64,000 nt of DNA from assembly GCA_000091205.1 (NCBI GenBank), contig AP006502.2. One strand, written 5' to 3'. The position numbers were made by a program, and so were the translations under genes. Each line of letters begins with the position of its first letter. Position 1 is the first letter of the stretch. This document shows positions 42,470 to 51,665 of this stretch, piece after piece. The DNA comes from Cyanidioschyzon merolae (lineage: Eukaryota). The notes under the pieces are model-generated. The model saw only the letters and a list, made by a program, of their open reading frames with translations, ran no database searches and was not told the origin of the DNA.

Positions 42470-42695
42470 GCCTCCATCCACAGGATATGCCCTCAAGAAC
42501 GGTGGCGGATCGAGTGTCTGTGGGGCGCCCCTGCGGGGCTACCTCCATATGCGGAGACGCTGTGCGGATACTGCCGAGCGGAACTCGCTCCGTCGAAACT
42601 TGCCGTTGACCCCAAAATCATAACAGACATTTGGTGCAGGGTGCGTCTCCTTCAGCGACTGCGTACTGGTTTCTAGTTGCTGGACGAACGCGTTC

Positions 42696-45599
42696 ATGCA
42701 GGGCACAGACGTCCTGGTTCTGCTGCGGGTTTGGAACGCTGAACTCGAGCGAAACGCATCGTGGCTCACACAGCCTCAGGGTGCTCCGGCTGTACCCAAG
42801 TCGGAGGGTGAAAGTGTGGCTGCAGCTCACGCAAAGTACGGCTGCCGAGAACCGGGAGTACACGGCGTACAACGTTCGAGTGAAGGTTGTGGAACGCGGC
42901 CTGCGGAATTCCCGCGAAGGACGTGGCGGAACGAGTGCGGCGCGCTCGGTGGTGGTGGACTCGGGTCGGCGCTTACCACGGCAATCACGGAACAGAATGA
43001 ACGTAGTGAATCTGTGGTGTTTCAGCAAATCAATTCACAACGCCAGTCCGAGGGCTTGGCTCGGGTAAAAGCGGACTCGGGAACGCGTACGCGACCGGGG
43101 AAAGCTGCTACTGTTGCTGCAGCGACCAGTGGACGTCGCACGCCGCGTGCAGAGACTGAGCGTCTGACAGCGTACCAAGAGCTGAAGACTGAAAGCTATA
43201 CTTCCCCGAGCGCTACGCGAGTACCACTCTCCAGACAAATTTTGAGTGCATTGCGTAGCCATGTGAAAGCGATCCCGATGTCTGACGTTCATCGATCCCA
43301 TCGCATGAGATTTCTGCGCCTCTCCAGGGTGCCGCCATGCCCATTAAAGTGCAAGACAGAGGATCTACCGTGGAATATGGGCATCGAGAGAGCGCTTTGC
43401 ACGACCGAGTCCGGTTTGGTGATGCCGCCCGTGGAACCACGCGACAGGGAAGCATTGGGCAGCCCGGAACAGCGCTGGAACTCCAGCGAATCGTATCCTC
43501 CCTTGACATATCGCACGGTACGGGATCCCCAGGTACAAGAGCGATCCAGTTCTGTTGCTGATGCTCGTCGTCGAGTGGTACCGCCGCGGGCAGACTCTGC
43601 GGCGGAGTCGCCCGAGGGCCTCTGCGGTCACAGTGCGCCGCTTCTTGCGGATGATTCGAAGCCGTCTCGACGGGAGATTGCACCGGAGTCCTCGCATTTC
43701 CAGAGAGAGCGGATAGATTTCATCCACGAGTATAATGGTGCGCATGGTGTAGATGGAGCATGTGTCGGTGGCTGCCTTGGGCTAGAAAGAGCACGCGGCC
43801 ACGTGACTGTTACTGGAAGAGAGCATCCGGGGATTGCGCCTCGACCAATTCCTGGAGAGAACAACCCGTGCAAACGCCGCCGCATGGCGGATGACCTTGC
43901 GCAATCCAAATGTCACCGACTCGGAGACATGCTCGGTAATCGTTACCTCTTTATGGATGCCATGGACGCAGAATTGCCGCGGTACATCCTGCTGCTTCCC
44001 CTTTTGGCCCGAGTGTTGGCCGTATCGTGCCCCGGTCTCCACTGCGTGGTGCAGTTTCCGCTCAAGTGGCAACTGGATTTGGCCATGATACAGCGTTCGT
44101 GGTCCGTTGGAGAGGGAAACGCCGGTGATCGCTCGGGCACCATCACATCCCAAATCGAAGGAGAGAACCGGCATCGAGCGTGCGTTCCCAAGAGTTGTAC
44201 ACCGGGCATTTGGCGGGCGCCAAGCCAGCATGCAAGGGCACGAGGAGCAGCTGCACCAACCTGCAGTGCAAGACGATCAGCAGTGCCGCAGCCAAACGAT
44301 TCCGAACGCTCGCCGGACACGGCATCATTCCAAGAAGCGCTGATGAATGCTCTACTTTTACGTGGCTGGCAGCTGCTTGTATTGCCAGCCTCAGATTCGG
44401 AATCGCCACAAGCAGACACGGCAACACTCTCCCTCGCTCAGGTTCATCCACATAGCTGGCGGGTATCCAGTCTACAGGATGGCCAGCTGCTTAGCGGTTG
44501 GCGACGAAATGATGGAGCACCATGCGAGCCACCGTCTCGCTTGCCGTCTTCTGTGTGGAGGCGAGTTCAGAAATTACGCACACGAATCGGGGGCTTCGGC
44601 GCGGAGGTCTCGGCTCCGGACGCCGGATGGTCATACGCTTCGCATTCGAAGCACACCGGCATTCTGAGCTGTGATAATGTCGCTCAACATGTAAGGCCCA
44701 GCTGTGCCGACGACTTGAGATTCTACGTCGCGTACGATAACGGCTCGTCGGTAGAGCTGGTGACCTGCGCCGATCCAGTGCTCTACGGTGTGCGCAAATC
44801 CCGTGTGAACGGTTGCCAGCCAGTGCTGGTTTTTTGTTTCAATCAGCATCATGCTAGTATTGAGCTTGCCGATCTCGTGCTCCCGCTGACCGAAAGCGTA
44901 TATGCGCACGCTCCTGCGTGCGTACCACGTGCGACACGTTTGCCATCACAGCCTAGGCGGTTGCCTTCAAAGGGCATGCGTTCCCATGAGAATGTTCTTG
45001 TCGTCGATATTGGTGCACAACCCGTGGATATGCGGATGGCATTCGACGCCCATCGGGAATCGACTGCTTCGACGAAATCTTCCGCAAATTCGACTCCGTC
45101 TGAAGCGTTGATCACGGAAAATCCCGACACAGATACCGAAAGAAAGATGGAAACCGCTGCGGATCGTCAGAGTCCGTGTTTTAACGGCGATATACCATCG
45201 CGTGGAGGCCCCGATCTGCTCGACCCTGCACGTCGAGCGCAGAGCGCAGATCACGGTCCATTATTGGCCGCAGACGAGCGCCTCGACCATGCGCACATGG
45301 AACGTGTTCATTTTGATGGGAATCCCAACGAGGATGTGTCGGCAGTCGCGAGCGGACAAGAGTCCAGGCCTGTGCAGCCGCGCTCCGACCATCACCGCAG
45401 TTCTACGCAAGAGCACGATGCTGCGCTGCAGCGTACCTCTATGGACTCCCAGCGCGCCGTACCCCAGGCTCCAGATGTGCATCGAGCGCAACGAAGCACC
45501 GAGACCCGCTTTGAGCAGTCCACCGGCTGCGTCTACAAACCATCACTGGGCCAGGCGCTGAATGACACATTCACAACGTGCCGAATGCGACGCACCTGA
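42696..45599 (+). CDS. Hypothetical protein (967-aa ORF, largely low-complexity; no recognisable domain)
   Basis: It is the longest ORF in a 3-kb stretch with no competing gene on either strand. No motif was recognised by eye. GC-rich DNA also yields long spurious ORFs, so coding status is uncertain. Confidence 0.25.
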   Translation: MQGTDVLVLLRVWNAELERNASWLTQPQGAPAVPKSEGESVAAAHAKYGCREPGVHGVQRSSEGCGTRPAEFPRRTWRNECGALGGGGLGSALTTAITEQNERSESVVFQQINSQRQSEGLARVKADSGTRTRPGKAATVAAATSGRRTPRAETERLTAYQELKTESYTSPSATRVPLSRQILSALRSHVKAIPMSDVHRSHRMRFLRLSRVPPCPLKCKTEDLPWNMGIERALCTTESGLVMPPVEPRDREALGSPEQRWNSSESYPPLTYRTVRDPQVQERSSSVADARRRVVPPRADSAAESPEGLCGHSAPLLADDSKPSRREIAPESSHFQRERIDFIHEYNGAHGVDGACVGGCLGLERARGHVTVTGREHPGIAPRPIPGENNPCKRRRMADDLAQSKCHRLGDMLGNRYLFMDAMDAELPRYILLLPLLARVLAVSCPGLHCVVQFPLKWQLDLAMIQRSWSVGEGNAGDRSGTITSQIEGENRHRACVPKSCTPGIWRAPSQHARARGAAAPTCSARRSAVPQPNDSERSPDTASFQEALMNALLLRGWQLLVLPASDSESPQADTATLSLAQVHPHSWRVSSLQDGQLLSGWRRNDGAPCEPPSRLPSSVWRRVQKLRTRIGGFGAEVSAPDAGWSYASHSKHTGILSCDNVAQHVRPSCADDLRFYVAYDNGSSVELVTCADPVLYGVRKSRVNGCQPVLVFCFNQHHASIELADLVLPLTESVYAHAPACVPRATRLPSQPRRLPSKGMRSHENVLVVDIGAQPVDMRMAFDAHRESTASTKSSANSTPSEALITENPDTDTERKMETAADRQSPCFNGDIPSRGGPDLLDPARRAQSADHGPLLAADERLDHAHMERVHFDGNPNEDVSAVASGQESRPVQPRSDHHRSSTQEHDAALQRTSMDSQRAVPQAPDVHRAQRSTETRFEQSTGCVYKPSLGQALNDTFTTCRMRRT

Positions 45600-45767
45600 G
45601 CTGAGCGAAACTGCGCCCAGCGTCGTTCCGCTCCACATCATCGTTGTTCGCTGCACCTATCGACGTTATCCACGGTGCACGAAAAACAGTCTCTCTAAAT
45701 AGGGTAATCTGAACGCAGCTCCAACTCAATGACAATGTCGCTTTGGGGGTCGCGCGCATTACCCGAA

Positions 45768-46838
45768 TCATTGTCGTTGACGCTTCTGAGCGAGCGGTGT
45801 CGGTCGGGTGTCCGGTACTCGTACGAGCTTTTGTTTGGTTTGGCGACTGCGACGTCGACGACGCTCAGGTGACCACATTGTAAAGTTGGAGCGTACCGGT
45901 GCACTCGCTGCGAGCACCTGCGTTGTCCGATCCGCCACATAGAGCGGAATCGGGACCCGCGCTCTCGTTTTCAGGTAGATACTGAGAACGCCCCGCCGAA
46001 TACCTCCTGGAATGAACGTTGGCAACTGGTGCAGGACTTGCTCCACGTTCGTCTTGAGTGCCTCCGGCGACATGGAGAGCCTTCCGACTCGGATGGCACA
46101 GCAGGTGCCCGCCGCTAGCCCCGGATACCAAACAGTGCTATCGCGTACGCGTTCACATGCTCGAATCACCCGCTCCGCCACCACGGAAGTACACTGGTCT
46201 AAACCAGAAAAGTTCACAGGCAGAGGGTATTTCTTACGTCGAAAGAACTCTTTTCCGAGAAGATCCGGCAGTAATGGCCACACGCGCGTATCGGCGAGGA
46301 ACAGGTCATGCTTGGCAGCAAGCCGGCGACGTTGCTCAAACTGGAGGTAGTCTCGGCGAAGCTGCCTTACCGACAGCACCTCGGTGACGCGTAAGGATCG
46401 AATGCGCTCACGCCACTGCGCTGGCGGTGACTCGACCAGAAACCGGCGGTACGGTCGCACGGGGTCTGGGCACACCACACACACCGACAGCGACGCGCTC
46501 ACAGCGTCACCTGGCTCCGTCGATCGATAGAGAGGGTTCGGCAACGGTATCAATCGGGGCCGTCGCGGCATATTTTCCGGTATACACTGCAGGGTCAGCA
46601 CCAAAAATACCCAATCCGTTGCACCGTCCGGCTCTGACTCACTACCCGAGTCCGCGTCCAGAAGGTCCCGTGTACGGCGTCGATGCTTCCTGCACCGCTC
46701 TAGAAGAACTTTGATCGCGCTTTCGATGACGGGCGGCCTCTCTTTCGTGTCCCCTTGAGACGCACTTGGATTCGAAACGGATTGCGTTACAAGTTCTGAC
46801 ATTGGCTTTGTTGCCAACAAACGTACCAAGTACCGCAC
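45768..46838 (-). CDS. Ribosomal L1 domain-containing protein (RSL1D1/Cic1/Utp30-like ribosome-biogenesis factor)
   Basis: 356-aa ORF. 'WVFLVLTLQCIP...RPRLIPLPNPLY', 'AKHDLFLADTRVWPLLPDLLGKEFFRRKKYPLPVNF', 'GTCCAIRVGRLSMSPEALKTNVEQV' follow the conserved layout of L1-domain proteins. The C-terminal tail is basic. Confidence 0.65.
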   Translation of the reverse strand: MRYLVRLLATKPMSELVTQSVSNPSASQGDTKERPPVIESAIKVLLERCRKHRRRTRDLLDADSGSESEPDGATDWVFLVLTLQCIPENMPRRPRLIPLPNPLYRSTEPGDAVSASLSVCVVCPDPVRPYRRFLVESPPAQWRERIRSLRVTEVLSVRQLRRDYLQFEQRRRLAAKHDLFLADTRVWPLLPDLLGKEFFRRKKYPLPVNFSGLDQCTSVVAERVIRACERVRDSTVWYPGLAAGTCCAIRVGRLSMSPEALKTNVEQVLHQLPTFIPGGIRRGVLSIYLKTRARVPIPLYVADRTTQVLAASAPVRSNFTMWSPERRRRRSRQTKQKLVRVPDTRPTPLAQKRQRQ

Positions 46839-46983
46839 AAGTATCGATTATATGTGTAGTATGTGTGCCTGGTCGCGGGCGTGCACGCCCGCCGTCGGCG
46901 GTGTCCGGCGAAGGCGCACCCGCGGCTGGCGTCCCCAGCGACTTGTAAGCCAACTCGTTCGCGCTCAGCAGAGGCGAGGCTAG

Positions 46984-47994
46984 TTGCCCGTTGCTTCGGT
47001 TTCCATGGCACCCAGGTACACACCGAAAGTGACTGGTTTTGTCGAAAGCGCGAGCTGGTCGTTGAATGGAGGAAGCAACACGCACCACCTGCTGGTCAGC
47101 GGGCGAGGAGAGGCTGCGGTGCTGGAGGCCCCAGCAAGGAAGTCGCGGTATCAGACGGCCGCTGGCGTGCGTACTCCGACCGTCCGACACGTCGCTGCGG
47201 TGCGACACCTCCGCTGTACCCAGGAGGCGGGCCCTGGCAGTCGTTGGAACGCCTCTTCTGGAGCGTCCCGGCCAGCGGACGATCGTTTCGCTGTGCGTGA
47301 CTCGAATGTGGTCGAGATACCGGGACGCACGCTATCCGTGTCGGAGCTGAAAAGCGAGCTCTTGCGATCCGTGGCTGAACAGAACCGGGGTCTTGCGTCC
47401 ACCAGCTCCAGTCGAAAAGAGACACTTGAGCTGGTACGCGCTCTGGAACGTGAGCAAGCGCAAGGAAGCAGTCCGTCGACGACGATTGCGGCACCATGTA
47501 ACCTCGGCTGGGCGGAGCAAGCGTCCAAAGTATCCGGTGACTGGAAGCTGTTGTTTACAACCGCCCTTGATGTGCTTCTATTGGGATGGAGTGTCTTACC
47601 ATTCACTCCGCAGGTCGGATCGATCTATCAGAATATTCGTGTCGCGCTATCCGCGGATGCGATGGAATTCACGCTCGAGAACGTGGTGCAGTTCGCTGCA
47701 CCAGCTAGTTTCCTGCTAGCCCAGTTTGGTATAGAGGATTCCGACGCTACGCTACGGGTATTTGCACGCGGACAATGCGACCGCAGCCGCCCACAGCGAC
47801 TGTATCTGCGTTTTGAGCGTGCGCGGCTGGAGCCGAATCGCTTTCTGGGACGCCGCATAGACGAGACGCTACCACCGCTGCAGTTGCCGCTTCGAGGAAC
47901 TGCCGTTGGGTGGACAGAACTGACATTCCTGGATGAAGATCTGCGAATCATTCGAACTGCAGTGAATGATGTGTTTGTGCTGTGGCGCGTCTGA
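46984..47994 (+). CDS. Fibrillin / plastid-lipid-associated protein (PAP) family
   Basis: 336-aa ORF. N-terminal fibrillin motif 'ELKSELLRSVAEQNRGLASTSSSRKETLELVRALERE...SGDWKLLFTTALDVLLL'. C-terminal hallmark 'WTELTFLDEDLRIIRTAVNDVFVL' (fibrillins end ...TYLDEDLRISRGDKGNLFVL). An N-terminal extension fits a transit peptide. Confidence 0.75.
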   Translation: MPVASVSMAPRYTPKVTGFVESASWSLNGGSNTHHLLVSGRGEAAVLEAPARKSRYQTAAGVRTPTVRHVAAVRHLRCTQEAGPGSRWNASSGASRPADDRFAVRDSNVVEIPGRTLSVSELKSELLRSVAEQNRGLASTSSSRKETLELVRALEREQAQGSSPSTTIAAPCNLGWAEQASKVSGDWKLLFTTALDVLLLGWSVLPFTPQVGSIYQNIRVALSADAMEFTLENVVQFAAPASFLLAQFGIEDSDATLRVFARGQCDRSRPQRLYLRFERARLEPNRFLGRRIDETLPPLQLPLRGTAVGWTELTFLDEDLRIIRTAVNDVFVLWRV

Positions 47995-49315
47995 GCTGCA
48001 GCGCATGGAATTCGTTCGGGTCCAGGATCGATGGCGCTGATCCAGGGCTTTTGAAGGCCCGCGTGCCGCTGGCAACCGTGTCGAACATAATACCAAGCTT
48101 TCACAAAGGTTTCGATACTCCACAAACTCCATGCAAGCATTCTCGAGCGGCGTGGAGGCTTGATCCAACGCGCCACGATGTGTCGATTCTACCGTGGACG
48201 CCTCTTGCAACACTGGATATGCGCCTGCACAGTTGCCGTGCGCGATGTCTGGGCCTCTTCGCCGTGCCGCTGGGTGTATCCGGTCAAGGCGGCGCTTGCA
48301 ACGAAGGTGTGCTAACCACAACCAGAGCTTTGTTACCAGAACACGGTAATCGTACAGACACTTTTCCAGCTGCCTTATTCCATCGTGATGCGCAGCTACC
48401 CAGAGTAGTGCGTGCCAGCGGCAAACAGAGGCCTTGGATAGGCGGCGCTGCATGCATGCATGCATGCCGCGGGACACGATTTGTGACAGCGAGCGTCACG
48501 TTTCTCTGTGGACGCTCTGCACCAGGCGACACATGCCTCTCGCTGACCTGGTCCGCATGCAAATTGATGCGCACTCGGTATAGCGGCATGCGGCCGGCGG
48601 AGATGATCTCGCCACCCTAGCGTATGAGCTTAGGGTGCCCTACGACACGGCTTCGTTCATGAGAAATACGTTGGGCAGTCACGAATGAACATGATACGTC
48701 GAACGCTAAGCATCGGTCGCAAGAGCTGACAAGCGAATGCTTCTGTGTTTGCCTAGACTCGTGTCCGATGAGCATGGAATACCGCATTGCTGGATCAGCT
48801 CCTGCCTTGCGTTTTTTGGAAGTTTTTTCTGATGTATAGCCTCGACGTTTGAAGTGTAGAAATCAGGGGTTGAAGGGTTCATTCGCAGTTTTAGGATCCT
48901 CGGTTGGATGCTTTGCAGTGGATGCGTTCACGCGTTGCCGCTGGAACTCGTTGCATCATCGTGATGAAGGTGATGATTCTCGACGCCATCGAAGGGGAGT
49001 TCGTAAAATATTCGACATTCATACCCGATGCATATATACACGCCTCGACTTGTCTTCGTTCCATAGGTGTAACATGCTCAGATCACGCATGCTACAAGTT
49101 TTTGATTTTTCTGTTTTAATGCAACTCGAGGGTGCATAAATTTGCACCACTGGATTGACGACGAAAACGAAAATCGATGTCGTATCTTGACAGTTTGTGT
49201 ATAAGCTCATGCCAGAACTTCACTGAACCTGTCTCGGTAAACAGTCAATGCCGTTCGTCGTACGAATATTCCTCGCTTTGTCGTCATCGACGAAGCAGCA
49301 TTCGACGGCACCGCT

Positions 49316-49960
49316 ATGACAAGGCTCATGCGATGCGCTTCCAGATGCTCCTGTCTCTTCTGTTTACATACAAAAGGATCTTGGACAGGGACTAGAGTTC
49401 GTGCAGCGACCGCTTCCAGTGGGGCGTGCGTCATTGCTTTGTACGAAGGAAGCGTAGACAATTCGAAGTTGCTCGACTTGATCTCCAGCCTTGAATTACC
49501 TTTTGGTACCTGCTCCGTCATGGACAAGATCGCGTTCCACAAATCCTCCATCGAATGGAACAGCGTGCAGCGGGCAGCGTACTCGTCGAGGGCCTCGCCC
49601 TAGAAGAAGCTCGGCATCACAGAGAACAGTACCGGTCGTGGAAATGGAAGCGTACATCCAGGGGCGCTTTCTGCATCTGGTACGGGCATATACCGAGCAG
49701 TGAAACACGCCTTCATGCGCGGCAGGGTGGCACTCAGATCGGGAGGTATCGTAGACATGCTGGAATACCTGACCGCATCCAGTTGTCAGTAGTGCGAAGG
49801 ACGCGCCGAGGCTACATACAACGGAGATGACAATGGGAAGCGAAGCTTGGATTGCAACTTCCGCCTGTGCATCGAATGCTTAGAAACAAAGCCGGAAGGT
49901 GCAAAGTCAGGACCTCTACGCCGCCATCAACATCTGTCAACTGTATCCAATGGAGCTTGA
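49316..49960 (+). pseudogene. Decayed, internally deleted TnpB/Fanzor-like remnant (copy D)
   Basis: ORF 49316-49603 has 'GACVIALYEGSVDNSKLLDLISSL...SSIEWNSV', homologous to copy A's N-terminal region and to R29. In one frame at about 49847-49875, 'NFRLCIECLETKPEGAK' (CxxC) appears. After a frameshift, 'QDLYAAINICQLYPMELEGKERRAH' (RDxNAAINI-type) appears at about 49905. Compare B 'YRLCMKCV...NRDLNATINIF' and C 'FRVCMKP...KELHAAINIF'. It lies in an AT-richer, gene-less stretch (about 48.6-50.5 kb). Confidence 0.4.
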
Positions 49961-51665
49961 GGGAAAGGAGAGACGGGCGCATATCAATCCGGAGATAGGA
50001 GAGAAGCACAGGAATCAGTTGCAGAGAAATCGCGCAGTGGCTACTGTTGGCGACAATAAGAAGGCTACCCAACTTTCATGTATACGCCCGAGTCAAGGTA
50101 CCCGTTCCATTTTATTCCGTCTTGGATGTCTCGCAATGTCGAAATGTTTGCGCAGGGCATCGTCCGAATCGCGGTACTTTTGAAACCTTTATCTCATTAG
50201 AGCGCGCTGCTTGATTAAGATAAAACCTAGTCGACGTATCTTCCTATCGCATCTGACGAATTGCTGTATTGTTGCAGCCTCTCGCCCATAACAGCGCGAT
50301 TCTCGAGCGAAATAGACCGAGAACGCGCCGCCAGGAGAGCTGCGCTTTTTGCCCTGCGTACCAGAAACCGACTTTTCTTTCTACATTCTCCGACGATTCG
50401 CTGGATGGATCTGCCACCCATCGCATAGGCATGGATGGCGCTGCGAAGTATGGAATATAGAAGCATGTCCAAAAAAACTGCGGTTGCTTTCCTTCTGATC
50501 CTCGGAAGCGTTCACGCTCCCGTACAGTTCAAACGGCACATTTCAATCGCGTTGCGCTGAGCAGCGCGAGTCTGACACAGCGGCAGGCGCCGGTTTGCTC
50601 ACGAGTTTGTACAGAGCACGACGAAGAGCACGCTAGTGCAACTTTAACAGTCGCGAGGCAAAAACCGGGGTATGCGTATGCGCTGAAAAACACGGCTGGA
50701 GAAGTGTGAGCTGAACGGCCAAACAGCACGGCGAACAGGCCGCAGGGCTCGCTGGAGCCCCTGAACTACGCTACGCACTGGGGTCTCTTCCGTGCTCGCT
50801 GGCTACTTGGAGCGTACTTCCGATCGCTTTCAAGTCGTCGTTCAACCATCACTTACGCCCTACACGCTTAACTGGTGGTGCAGGCACCGGCGCGGCGCGT
50901 ACTGACCTCCGCAACGCGTACTGACCTCCGCAACGCGTGCGCTTATCGGCCTCGCCTCTGACGTGCGCTGCGTTCGGAGACATCGGAAAAAGCTTATCAC
51001 ACGCCGAGCTGATGCAGAGCTCCAACGAACCCGACGGCGCTGCGCTTCGAGCTCCGCGACCGCACTTTACGGCTCAGATTCTGTACAGTGTCCGACTGAC
51101 TACAGCAGGTCATGACGACGACGACGACGACGTCCCGACGCCACCAAAAAGTGACCAGATACGCGAAGCGCTTTCCCGAGTCGATGCCTTGCTGTCGCAG
51201 AAACCAACAACAAACGATACTGCACGGACTCGGTCAACGGAAACGTTTTCAACGCAACTGAACCAGGACAGGGTGACCCCCGAATACCTTGCTCAGCAAC
51301 GTAGGCGTCCTGCACAAGCATATGAGGAGGGTGCACCATGTCAGCGTGCTGAAAGCGTTGCTAGAGCGACACTCGCATCACCGTCGCCAAGCGCGACGGA
51401 TGCAGAAGGGCGGCGCGTCACGGCAGACCATGCGATGCTTTCGGCGTATGCGGCGTGGCGTGCACGAGAGCTTGCCCGCAAAGCTCGCGACGAGGCAGAG
51501 AGAGCCCATTTCCGACGACAACCGTAGCGCGTTTCCTCGTTTGCGTTGTTGCTGGTGGAGCGTCTCGCATGCTACAATGAAGGCATGTGCGGAGCGGTAC
51601 ACATGTTGGATCGCATGCAACGGCACTGGATGGTATGCTCGAACGCGGCGCACGCCCGGTGCCTC

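Noticed and set aside
50937-51527. 196-aa ORF with a poly-Asp tract downstream of the NDK-AK gene
   Set aside because: No recognisable domain, moderate length, in a region where several frames are open. It cannot be distinguished from chance without expression data.
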